Positions 35,911 through 48,268 of a DNA stretch of 64,000 bases are shown piece after piece. Each line of letters opens with the position of its first letter. The stretch's first letter is position 1. A program made the translations under genes and the position numbers. This DNA comes from Microthyrium microscopicum (taxonomy: Eukaryota). Location: contig MU004241.1 of assembly GCA_010405405.1 (NCBI GenBank), positions 248,001 through 312,000 on the forward strand, given 5' to 3'. Under the pieces are notes generated by a model. The model had not been told where the DNA came from. It was given only the letters and a program-made list of their open reading frames with translations, and made no database searches.

Positions 35911-38664
35911 ATGAACGGAGTAGCGCAAGGTTTAGAACCGCCACCCAAACGCCAACGGAGGGATCCATGTTCCGAGGTCTTATCTCGAGGCACTCTCCCA
36001 ATTGCGTGCTTCATACCTTTATCTACGGAGATTCGTCTCATGGGCCAATTGATTCTTCCCCATCCTCGGGACTACTTCTCAGGTGAGCTTGGCTGGTGTC
36101 AACAAGTGCTCGACATATTACCAGATCTGCGGGCATTAGAATGCAGGGACTTGCGCGGTGGGTACAAAACTACTCGTATATAGTCGCGCATGCTAAACTG
36201 TCATTCTGTTTAGAGCTGTCATCGCGCCCGATACTTGACTCAACTTTACCTCAAAAATTTCTAGAATTGGCTAGTCGGGAGCAACGCGTATGGGCAGATT
36301 CTGGGAGCGCCCCAGAGCATAAAACGCATTTGGTTCAGCCTTCCGGCTCTCTGGATGCCTTGTTGGCTCATCATCTTCACCAGCCGTCTCTAGCCACGTC
36401 TACACCGTGTAGTCCCGTCACTGCGGACAGAACAAACGTTTCGATCTCGATGGTCATGGGAAATGGCTTTCGAGAGGGAAACACGCTGATTTACGATCAA
36501 ATACATAGAAGATCGAAAGACTCGGATGGCCTGAATAACTATCCAGAAAGCGTCATTCAGGCCCACGAAGACTTTACTTACCAATTGATGGAATCGTCCG
36601 CCGCCAAAGTGGAGATTATATACGGCAGACCAGTCCAAAAGAGGATCATGAAAAGGCTGAGAATGACTATTATTCCGCTTTGGGAGCGATTTGAAGGTCT
36701 TTTTCTGTTCCTTCTCCACGAAGGAAATTTCGTGAATCACAGCCAGGATTTCATGTTCCGGAAGGTCCTTGTGTTTGCCGCGCATCCGCAACGATTGCTT
36801 TACGCGGCCAAAGGGAGTACGGAATCAGTACGTCAGGACAAAGTGCTGGAGATTGCTCTCCAGATAGCGGATCCATCCATTATTTTTGATCCCAAGTACT
36901 ACCAAAACAGGGAATGGGAACCCCACGTGAAAAAGGCAAAGAACTTACGGAATGTGGGTGATTCTCTTCTGAGGGCACATTTATATTCTCTTCAAGACCC
37001 GGTAAGGCCGCACGAAATACCAGAAGCTCAGTCTCCGAAAGCCTCAAGCCTCATTTCTGACAACCGCCTCGAACCTTGGGATAGAGTATTCAACGCACGT
37101 CCACATAGCAGTCAGATGAGTAGGACTCTTCTTCCTCACGCATTGGAAGCCATCCGGTATAACGAAGAGGAGGAGTGGAAGCACCCCTCTGATTTCCATC
37201 CTGCGGTAACTGCGTGGTTCAAGGGCCAAAGAGATGTCTTCTTCTACCAGACTCCCCTCCGAGATATCAAGGATCTGCTTGCTGCGGTTCGATGCCATGA
37301 AACCCCGCTGGATGAGGAGAGTAACTGCAAGAAACACGATTTGAGGTGGACTTTAAAGGCTCTGATGCTCGCGCAAGATCGATGTTTTCGTTCAATTAAA
37401 GCATCTAAGCATGACGAGAAACTTTTCCACCGTGTTGGTGCCGGGTCACTTGCAGTCAGCTGTCCTTGCGGATCCATCCGTTTCGACGACTTGGAGCCAA
37501 GGTTTTCTTGTTCGAGACCGAGTGCCTACGTGGTCAGAGAGCGAAATTGCATTATGCCTGAATGCAATCCAAAATCGGTACGGCGCGGAACCAGACAGCT
37601 CATGATACCGGTTTCCAAAGACCAAGAATATGTACGGGCGAAACTTCCCGATTTAGACTCCGAAAAGGCTCGCCGGATTCCTGGTGAGCTCTTCCTCTCC
37701 TTGATTCGAAGCCCAACGGATCAGGGACCACCCATTACGCTTAATGCAGTCGAATTGTGGTGCATGAGATGCAGAGAAAGAACCGAAATGGTAGATGGGC
37801 TCGCATCCTATTTTGATACCTTCCCAAGGTGGACTATTGGATTTGTGCGGCCTCTCTACATCGAGAGAAGACCACACTGCGTACGGTGTGAAAGGTCAAA
37901 TGGTATCCCAGGCCGCAACTTTCTACCAAAAGATGATTCTCTGCCTTCAATCAGCCCCAGGCGTCTCAGCCGGTTCTTGCAAAACTACGGAGAGTATGAC
38001 CAGGTCATACAGGCTGCGTTACTAGACAGTTACCTTCCTTCCTCAAATGTTCTGTCAGACCAAGACGCGACGTCCGTGGCTGGAAGCAGTGACCAGCTAA
38101 AGCATCATGAAGCTTTGGGCAATATGGAAATCGAAAACAAGATGATTAAGGTAGTCACAGACACTGCAGGTATGAACAAATAATGTGCTCAAGCCAGATC
38201 TACGCTAATAAAATGTTGCCTCCGTCGAAGCCATGGCCGATGAAAGGACGACAGTCCACAAGTCACGAAAGCCTCTTCGGATCACGGACGGCGCAACATC
38301 ATTCTTGCGATTAATACGCGGCCCCAAAGACTGTGGCGACCTTCCAGCACAGGTTCGGATTTGGTGTAAAGTTTGCAAACATATGACGAAGCTTTCACCC
38401 AGATCAAAGTACCAGTTCGGAGAAAGTGGGTATGTAGATAAAGCCCCAAAATGGACCATAGGCAAACCTCCAGCGTATCTCGGAGTCAAGGCTCAATGCC
38501 AGATCTGCCGCAAATCGCAGATTGTGGCGGCAAAAACATCAATTCCGACAATCATGACAAACGGCCTCAGAGATTGGGCTGACCGTCATGCGCATCTTTC
38601 GAATGAGCAGGCCCTTGAAGCGTTGGAGCAGCGCGCGGCGACTTCCCTTCGACGAGCTATGTAG
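35911..38664 (+). CDS. Uncharacterised ~878-aa protein: NLS + putative UDG-superfamily domain + three Cys4 repeats (exons 35911-36157, 36214-38169, 38231-38664)
   Basis: Introns 36158-36213 (GTGGGT..GCTAAAC..TAG) and 38170-38230 (GTATGA..GCTAAT..AAG) fuse three ORFs in frame; PPPKRQRR; PSGSLDALLAHHLHQPS, AKVEIIYG, AAHPQRLL; repeated CxxC modules. Confidence 0.75.
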
Positions 38665-38804
38665 GAAGACCAAGTTCCTCAACAGCCACAGACTAGATTG
38701 GAAGGCGAAGCAAGAAATGACGGCTTCAGGAGAGCTGTCAGGGAGTGGGTGATTGGGTGAGACCTAATGAAAACGAAGTCAGTCCAAGATAAATAGTAAG
38801 CTCT

Positions 38805-39035
38805 AGTAGAAGAAAGCTACGAGGAGAGGAAAGCTACAAGACACACTTCTCCGTGGAGAGACGCGCTCCGAGGAGGGAGGCTTCAAGGAGAGGCTCTCTC
38901 CATAGAGAGAGCAGCCAAGGAGAGAGGGGCTTCGTGGAGAGACTCTCTCCGTGGAGAAATCTATCCGAGGAGGGATGATCTTCAAGGAGAGAAAGTCTCT
39001 GTGGAGAGATTCTTCGAGGAGAGACTCTCTCCGGG
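38805..39035. repeat. Degenerate GA-rich minisatellite (~15-nt unit) with internal palindromes
   Basis: Repeated GGAGAG/CTCC units; GGAGAGACTCTCTCC at 38936-38950 and 39018-39032; ~45-nt imperfect direct repeat 38849-38892 / 38947-38991. Confidence 0.75.
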
Positions 39036-39430
39036 GCCCAGTTTCAGACCCTCTTCATGCTGCTCAGGGATAAAATCAAGCGCGATCACGCCGGCTCGCG
39101 TCAGCCCATGGCGAGCTCCAGTCACGAGTGCTCAGCCACAGCTCGAGTTGCTTACCGACAGCTCACGTTACACCCTGGCGTAACTCACGTCTCAAAACAG
39201 AAATGGACACTATATGAGGGCATGTTGTCCCCGTGTATCTTGCGCTATTTCTCACCAGCCTTGTCAAGTCTCGTACATTTATGGCTCCACAGCCAAGAGT
39301 ATATCGTATTGTATTCCAGCATGTCATATATCAGTATCACAGTCTGTAGCTTTTATTTTGTTGATCATGAGCTTTGAGCCCACGTATTCATTCCTTATAA
39401 CTTTATGTACAAGCCTACAAAAAACGAAAT

Positions 39431-40869
39431 TTATTGGTTGTCAATGACATGCAAATACTTCTTCTCCTCCCGCTTCTCCTTCTCTGTCATGGGAGGTAGA
39501 TCATAGTACACTGAACTTCGGTACGGTAGCTATCAAAAGTTAGCAAGCCGTCGTGGTATGGAGACTTTCCAGTTCTTACAAGGTATTGGAAGGTCATGGC
39601 CTCCAGTTCAGTTGGCTCAATACCGAGATCTGCAAATGTCTTTGCAGTTGGATCGATCGTCTGATCAATAAATTCCCGTTCAACCTCATCAGCTGACCCA
39701 ACTGGCCACCAGATGAACTTGTTGGCATAGTACATTATTGGTTGCCGGATTGCTTTGGGAATGTTGATGTGTCGCCGCTTCTTGACAACTTCTCGATCTA
39801 CCATCTCCGAGATATCTGCCATGCTATACTCCTTTGGTCCGTAGAGTTCATATGTTTGCGATGCGGTGGTATCATCTGTGAGCATATGCTCGAGCGCGAT
39901 ACCAACGTCAATGGCATGCACAGGTCGCAGTTTTTGTTGCAGATGATTTGATGTGAAAATGCTAGATGGTGCAGCAATTCGGTTCAGTAGTCGATCCTCC
40001 CATCCGAACATGGGCGCAGGTCTGACAATTGTGGTCTCCGGAAAAATGCTTCTTACGACTTCTTCACCTTGGGCTTTGGTGCGATAAAACACCGATGGCG
40101 AGTCTTTAGACGCGCTGTGTGATGAGACATGTACAAATCTGTCTACATCGTACTTGGCCACAGCTTCGGCGATGCGGCTAGCTCCCCAAACGTGTACATC
40201 ATCCAAATCAAAGTTTCTGTAATCATCAGCACCCGGCATGGAAGAATTTTTGGGGATCGTACTTGGTTGGATAATCGCGACCGATGAGGTTGTAGACGAT
40301 ATCAGAGTGTCTGACACTCTCTTCTATAGATTCCTTGTTTCGAAGATCCATTTCCTATGCGGTCGTTAGTCGAGAGCATGCTGTAGAGGCGCATATGTTG
40401 TACCATAAAGATGACTCGACCAAGATCTCCAGTAACCTTGAGATGGCGCTTCATCATCTCCTCCCGGTATGGAATTACGACCGTACATCCTTGCCGTGCT
40501 AGTCGATTGACAATATATCGTCCGAGAAAACCAGCAGCTCCAAAGACGGTAGCGGTATGACCTGACATGGGTTAGTCCAAAGCTCCGCGCTGCTCAAATA
40601 CGATTCGATGTACCTCCCAACGACGACCTAAAGCACACAGTTAGTTCCCAACAAGCCCAGTAACGACACCAAGAAGCTTACCGGCCACCTTGGACCTTGA
40701 TGATAGGCTTTCCAGTCCTTGTAATATGTACATCGGCGACTCCTCGATGCTGCTGGACAGTGACTGTTGTGGCTAATTGAAGGGGTATGGCGGGTCGTTT
40801 CGCGGCGATTGAGCTGGCATTGAGGCACTGCTTGGACAAAGCAAGCTGATGCCTACTTAAAGGCTTCAT
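39431..40869 (-). CDS. NDUFA9: Mitochondrial complex I 40-kDa subunit (NDUFA9/NUEM), multi-exon with 14-nt micro-exon 40614-40627
   Basis: Presequence-like N-terminus; [51 protein letters not shown]; last exon YRSSVYYDLPP...YLHVIDNQ. Confidence 0.95.
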
Positions 40870-41189
40870 GATGAGCTTGTTTGGCAGCAATTGAGGCTGT
40901 CGTCTTGAGATGTTGATGCTGGTCGTTGCATGGCGGAGGTCGCTCAGCGCGGATAAACAGATTGGCCGAGCCGCAGTTGACAGCCGCGTTCCCTCATTGC
41001 CGCCTTGCAGCTTCCATTTCCGACAACAACTCCAGACAACTTCAAATCCAAAGCTTCAAAACTCAACACCATTAAATCTCCTCCTCTTCAAACACGCATC
41101 AACTCTTTCAACTCACGAGAACAGCCGCTCTGAAGCTCTAGACAAGCTTGAACCACCTGACTCTTAGCTTTTCCCGCCCTACCGCAACC

Positions 41190-42439
41190 ATGGTGATGGA
41201 CATCGATACCATCCCCAACCATCTAGCTGACCAGCGGGACAATGCTCCAGACGAGCTTCAACACTACTTTATACAGTTTGAAGACTTTTGGGAGCGCAAA
41301 TTATGGCACGAACTTACAGACTCACTCATCGAATTCTTCGACCTTCCAGCCAGTGCCCCGCAACGGATACCGCTTTACAAGAACTTCATTCTGAGCTTTG
41401 TTGACCGCATCAACAAACTCAAGCTCGTCACTCTAGGTCTTAGCGCCGGCACACAATTCAAAAGTACATCTCCCACAGATTCTACCGACTAAACTAATGC
41501 CATATAGGCGATGAAGAAAGACTCACCTTTGTCAAAGCCCTCGCAGAAAAGGCAAACACCCCCGCCTCCCAAGACGCCTACGTGTTCGCCAATGTCCAAG
41601 TCGCCAACATCCTCCTCGACGCCGACCATTCCGATGAAGCCCGTAAAACGCTCGACGAATGCGAAAAGATCCTTGACTCATTCGATGCCGTCGAAACCGT
41701 AGTCCACGCCGCCTTCTACAAAGCAAATGCCGCATACTACAAAGTACGCTCCGATCACCTCTCTGCTGAAACTACGCCGGGACTAATCACCCCACAGGAC
41801 AACTCCGATTTCGCCGCCTACTACAAAAACGCCCTCCTCTACCTCGCCTGCGTCCCCATCGAATCTCTCTCCCTTTCAGACCGCCAGTCCCGCGCTTACG
41901 ATCTTTCCATCGCTGCTCTCGTGTCCGATTCGATCTACAATTTCGGCGAACTACTCCTACATCCCATCCTCGATTCTCTGAGCGGAACTCCACAGGCGTG
42001 GCTGCGTGATCTGCTGTTTGCGTTCAATCGTGGCGACTTGCGCGCATATGACCAGCTCCAAGGCCATATCAGCAAGAACCCCCTATTACGCAGCCACAAA
42101 ACCTTCCTATATCAAAAGATCTGCCTAGCAGCACTCACAGAGACCGTATTTCGCCGGCCACCACATGACCGCGCGCTAGCCTTTGGCACGATTAGCGAGG
42201 AGACGAACGTCAAGCCTGACGAGATCGAACATTTGGTTATGAAGGCGCTTAGTCTTGGGCTATTACGTGGCAGCATTGACCAGGTGGCAGAAGTGGCACG
42301 CATCAACTGGGTGCAGCCAAAGGTTCTAGACATGAAGCAGATTGAGAGTATGCGAGCGCGGTTAGGCGAGTGGGACACGAGTGTAAACCAGCTAGGCACT
42401 TGGATCGAAGGCGTAGGAAAAGACGTGTGGGCTGCTTGA
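41190..42439 (+). CDS. RPN9: 26S proteasome lid subunit Rpn9 (PCI domain); introns 41464-41507, 41744-41797
   Basis: FEDFWERKLWHELT, YYKNALLYLAC, IYNFGELLLHPIL, EHLVMKALSLGLLRGSIDQV, WVQPKVL. Confidence 0.95.
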
Positions 42440-42629
42440 ACTGCCCCTTCTGTATGATCGGACATTCAAGCATGGAACTGCTGCTTTTGTGGGCATTCGT
42501 GCGACAAATACTCATGCTGAAAACTAAATAGCTAGACACCCCATAATGCAAGAATCCATAGACCATCAAATGCATGCCATGATACAAACATTTCCCACGA
42601 TTTCATACTATTACAGTCCTTACTTACAT

Positions 42630-44572
42630 CTACAAAATGCCTTGTGCCACTAGCACATACGCTGCTACACTCCAAGCAGGCCACCAAACCAACCACACAA
42701 TCACTTGAGTCCACAGTCCATATACCTGCCATCCAAACGCGGCCTCCGCTAATACCGCGCCCAAGCCGCCTGGCACCAGTGTCGCGCCGGCCCATATCAA
42801 GCTGCAGGGGTTCACGGCCAACAACACCAAACCTAGCACTACACTCCGCACGCGCGCCGCTTTACCTCCTGCTCCCGCATGGCGTGAAGATACTTGTGAT
42901 GCGCTTCGAAGACTGAGGTGCGTTGGTAGTCGCACTAGTAGAATAGGAACGCAAAGCAGTCCAATGCCATACGCCAGGCTGTAGTTGACGGTTGCTAGAG
43001 CAGCTAATGTCATGCCAAGCTGTAGATGGGTGAAGCAAGCCAGCAGACTGAGTTCTTGCTCGGTCGGGCGTGTGAGGCGAGCGAGTATGGCGGGGAGAGG
43101 TAGCGAGAGAAGGGCAAAGAGAGTGAATGTTGTGGCTGAGGGGAGGGTGTTGAGGAGGGTTAGTGGGAGGAGGCCAAGAAAGTGGTGCGCGGTGAGGAGA
43201 AGAAGGGGTAGGAAGAGATGGCGTTCCACGGGTGTTTGGGATGCAGTAGTGGAGGGTGATGATGGCTGGGGTATAATGACTGCTGTTGATGGGGGTTTTT
43301 CGGAGGAAGATGGTTTTTCGGATGGCGTGGTGGTGGATGTCGTATTGCGGAAGCCGGTTTGAAACCACAGGGCGATGGCCATGATGTTGAAAGCGGCAGC
43401 GATACACATAGCGCTTGGGAGGTAGGTGCCGATGCTGACGAAGCTGTTGGATTGCATCAGGAGATAGAAGAAGAAACTTTGATGGAGGTGTTCGAGAAGA
43501 TTGTTGAGACTTCGGAAGATGCCTTCGACTGTGCGACCAAGGCTCATTTCATCGTGCCAGCCGTCTCCTACGGTCTGAAGGGTTATGGCATCGACATGGT
43601 ATCGCATGAAGCCGCTGTGAGGACCAGTAGAATGGCCGAGTGCTTGGTTGACCATGCCGCGAGTCAACGTTGTCAACCGTTCCTTGTAGGAATCAGAGTG
43701 GTGAAGCATCCTCTGGAGTGTGCATCCGATGCCCATTTGCCCAGAGGCGACACTGACTGCGGTGTTGAACAAGTCCAAATTTGGAAGCATTCCATTGATA
43801 CCGTCATATATGATTTGGAGCTTGTCAAATCGATGACCCCATGGTCCAGCTGGGTAGTCTATGGCAATAGCACCCTGCAAAGCACCACTTTTGATGGTCA
43901 ATGGCTGCACAAAGTTAGGGTCGTGAGCATCGTGATATGCGTCCACCCATGCTTGTGGTCCAGCTACACTGTCTTCCGATATTATGAAAATTATATCTTT
44001 TGACCACAAAGACCATCTCTTGAAATAGCGTGCCAAAGTCAGCACCAGCGCTACTCCACTTTGATTTTCAATATTATCCATATTCTTCCAAGCTCCGATC
44101 AGCACAATAGCCTCCGTTGCATCCGCTCTTGGCCCGTGTAGAACGGCATACACATTCTCCCCCGTTGCGTTGGTCGCAGAAGTCGCATAGTTGTACTTTT
44201 GAGTAGCAACCTTCAATCCTGACGATCGTAGTATTTCGCTCAATCTTTGATATCGTTCCGGTCCAGGTTTGCCCACAAGACCATGAACCTCGTGTCTGTA
44301 GGCGCGAAATATATTGTGCTCGCTTCCATCGAAGTATGTATGGACCTGGCCGGGAAGGAGCGCGTTTTCGGAGATATAGGTTTGTCTCGAGTATTCTTTG
44401 AGGGGTAAGAGAAGAAGCAGCAGCACGCCAGCGACTATGCAAAGCACTGCGGCAGGCGTCGCGACCTGGAGGAGCCGTCGGCGGTCTCGTTGCAGAGCAC
44501 GTAATGCTGTCGCTACAGGGAGTTTAGCACTAGCTTTTTGGGGACTGAAAAGAACTAACCAAGAGTAGACAT
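42630..44572 (-). CDS. GAA1: GPI transamidase subunit Gaa1 (intron 44513-44559)
   Basis: TYISENALLPGQV, PRADATEA, WSKDIIF, GINGMLPNLDL, RSLNNLLEHLHQSFFFYLL, FVSIGTYLP; hydrophobic C-terminus. Confidence 0.95.
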
Positions 44573-45882
44573 ATTGAAGCTATATATCCATAGCTATTGT
44601 TGCTTTTGAATCTATGTTCTCCATGTGGATGGCACTGATAGACTGATGCGACGTGGTTCAATGCTTCGAAGTTCGAGCAGAGCCTCATTGGGGGCTGTGA
44701 TTAGAGGGGCTGCCATCTCTCTCTTTCAACCGCTTTGCCCCTTTACTCCTGAGGTTTGGATTCACGACTTCTGATTTCCAACTTCAAGAGGATATCAGAA
44801 AACAACATTTCACTAGGTCTTTAATCCCTCGGCCTATCTTATTTCGTAATTCATACTAGCATTGTTCTCAGCTCAGACTCGCTTGTCCATCATCATCCTC
44901 TGAGCCGCGTTCATCTTACACACTGCATTGCTTCTGCTATGGACGGTGTACCTCTGAGATCACGTATGCAATTCCATGGCGGCGTAAAAAGTCCTGTCAA
45001 GATGAGACTCTATACAACTGAATTTCTAGCTTGTCAAAGTGTCTTGGATTAGCTTATTCAGCAAATGCCATTCCAACGAAGACTCGCACCACAAGGCCAA
45101 CAATCAGCTTCAGATTGATTAAATACGCTTGGTCTCTATCTCAGTCCAGCAAAAGGGTCCAAATCTCAGAAAGGAGCCATTAGTAAGTTCACATATGAGG
45201 GTACAAGTCCATATTTTCCATTGACAGGAGCCTCAAGGTCCCCCATATTACATACGCCACGCCACATACCAGCACACATCCGGGATCTAAAGTTCATGCC
45301 TTATAGCTCTGAAAAAAGTGCTTCATGACTGAAACCTATCAATACCCCAGCGTACTATAACATTCTATGAGGTCTAGAAAAATGACTTTGAAGTCCGCGA
45401 CTCACATTCCGAACGCCACTTCGTCAAGAATAAAACGGCCGTATATCATCCAAGGATTTGCAATTATCAACTCCAGATTAGAGTGCTTTCGAGATTCACC
45501 TAGTCCTTTCACACTCCACAGTTGACGCAAAGAAAGATCCCGGGTCAATCGAAAGCTTGGGCACACCAACTAGCCCTCAGATCCATCGCATGTCTAATCT
45601 CACGTTCGTAACTGATCAAGAGCTCTTGTACAACGGCTGCCTTAATCTATTGTGCCTTCTAGAATTAAGACCAGCTTTCTTAAGCTTATAGACAATAATG
45701 GGCAGTACTGGGATGCGTTCAATTGGTCATATGCAGATTCCTGGACCAAAGTCTTTGCCCTTGAGATCATATTAATGTCCATTGTGCCCACCTTGACTTT
45801 TTGATAGCTAAAGTTAGAGGGGCGTGTCTTGTTCAAGAATCCAACATCGTCTTTCCAACTCTCCTTTCAAAGTCAAATCACC

Positions 45883-47172
45883 ATGAAGTCTGCCTGGTTT
45901 TCTGCTGCATTGGCAGCCAGCCTTGTGGCGGCAGGCCCAACTGCTCCTGGTGCTGTCGAAGCTGTGCACAAAATGACAAAGCGCCAGACTGCGGTTAGTG
46001 GTCTAGTGAACTCTGTCGTTAACTGTACGTATAACCTGGCAATTGATTCAATCTTCGAGGCGCTGATGATCACACAGCTGGTGGAAAGGTCAAGGCCCCA
46101 GAAGGCGCAGCACCAACAAGAGTAGAAATGGAACCCAGAACCAAGCAAGTTCCAGGCGCCAAGACTGTCAAGCTACGATACGGTCCATACAAAGTACCCA
46201 GTATGAAAGTCGTAAACGTCTTTGGCGAAGGTGGAGCATTGTGGAACTTTGCCGACAATGCTGCCCCCAAGCCTTGTGAAGATGACTGCGCTATTATGGG
46301 TATCAATGCTGGTCTGGAGTACCCAAATGGCACCAACGCCAACATTGATACTGGTCTCTGGCTTCATCACGTAAGTATCTATTGAACCGCTGCTCAGATT
46401 CAGTGCTTATTTGGTTTAGATGGTGTTGTTCAATATTGGAAAAGGACGCAAAGACGCTACTTGTGGCGACGCACTAGTTTCTCTCCCACATATGATTGTC
46501 GGCTCCTCAGCTACTGGTTCAGAGCGTCTGTTTTCTTCTGGTAACGAGCGGACTCAAGCTATTCTACCAAACTGGAACGAGAACAAGGTTGGCTACATGC
46601 TCAAGCCGACCGACAAATTCGCCCTCATTGTCGATCTTATGAACGACAACATGGTCGACGCCGTTGTCTATCTCACTATCACTTACGACTACGTTCAAGG
46701 CCACCCAGCTGGCTGGGATGACATGAAGCCAATCTGGTTCGACGTTGCCCAGTGCCTCACCAGCGAGTGGCCCGCACCATACGCCCAAGGCAAATACAGC
46801 ATCCCCGCGCCGATTTGGACCGCCAACATTGACGGTGATATTGTCGGTGCCGCTGGCCATCTTCACGACGGTGGACAGGCTGTTGTTTTGGAAGTCGATG
46901 GCAAGGTCGCTTGCAGAAGTGACGCAAGCTACGGAACAAGTCCCGAGTTTATTGGAAAGCCAATGCATGGTGGACCAGCTGAGCATATCAGCAAGATGAG
47001 TCTTTGCATTGGTGATAGTTTGCCTCATAAGAAGATGGTCAAGGGACAGAAGTGGAAGCTCCGGGCTGAGTATGATTACTCAAAGAACAAGGGTGATTCG
47101 CACGCAGAAGGCAAGCCCGCCAATGTCATGGGAATTGCCATCATGTATGTTCGTGTCCCATTCAAGGGTTAG
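45883..47172 (+). CDS. Secreted protein with PHM/copper type II monooxygenase-like (SURNod19-like) motifs; introns 46025-46077, 46371-46419
   Basis: Signal peptide MKSAWFSAALAASLVAA, Kex2-like KR, WLHHMV, GHLHDGG, NVMGIAIMY. Confidence 0.7.
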
Positions 47173-48268
47173 AAGATTTATAGAAATCTTTCATTGAAGT
47201 TTCACTATCCTTTTCATCACCGCAAGCTTTTTCCGCGACTAGTACACCATTACTCTCAAAAATAAGTCTGAACGCTCACGACTTTGCGCTGTTACACCAT
47301 CAGCTCGTAGCAAGATTACTTGATAGTTGTGACCGAGTACTCTCGTCCAATATCATCTTGATCATATCTCAGTAGTCAAAAACGGGTTATTGATTCAGCG
47401 GTCACTCTGGAAAATCAGATAGTCATACTCAGTAATTTGAGAATCATGGCCAATGTGCGTGTTCCCGAGGGATTGCCATAAGCATGTGAAGTTACAAAAT
47501 CCATGCAGAGAATCATTGCGAGTGTAATCGAAAGAGGCGTGCCGGTACTGTGTGTGGTTGTTAAGCGCGTACTCTATAGGAATCAACCGAAAAACGCAAT
47601 ACATACAAGTGTCTGCAGGAAGTTCTTTTCGTAAACAACCATAATTGATTGTAGAACCAGCACATAATTCGTCGACATAGTGGTCGCACACGATCAATGA
47701 CAAGTAATCAACACGTCCAGGCGTATACAATTGATCGAGACTCTATAGCAGTCTCAGAAGAACAAGCCTAGAATTGGTTCAAGAATGCTGGCCGCCATGC
47801 CAATTTAATATAGGTCAACCAGGTTCAGCAGCGCGTTACGGTTCCCGTTTAGATCGAACGGGTCGTTGGTTGATCATTCACCGGGAGCTCTTCCAGGTAC
47901 CCTAATTACCCTCAATGGCATATTTCACCCTTGTATATCATTAGTGGAGGCATATACAATTATATATTACTTACGAAAACGACGCTTTAACAAGACCTGT
48001 TCGACCGGAGGGTTCTATTGTATAAGCTTAAGGATAATGTATCCATGTAGGTGAATGGAGTCTCAGGTTCAAATTAACCAACGAGCCTGTCATCTGAGCG
48101 TGAATTAGGGGGTCTAATGTCTATGCTTGTCGTATACTGGACTCGAGATGCTTCTTAGGTGGACAATATTATATACAGACTGGCACTCTGCATTTCCTTC
48201 CTTGAGCTGTCGCATTCTCACCCCGCCCAAGAAACTCCACGGCCATTCCCTCATTTCAATTCACAATC

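Noticed and set aside
35911..38664. Transposase or tyrosine-recombinase identity for the island gene
   Set aside because: No DDE, HUH or R-H-R-Y pattern recognised.
38805..39035. CRISPR-like array
   Set aside because: Eukaryotic DNA; units are degenerate with no unique spacers.
42644..44442. Long antisense/alternate-frame ORFs over GAA1 (similar ones over the permease, HsbA-like and cutinase genes)
   Set aside because: Shadow ORFs explained by codon bias of the real genes.
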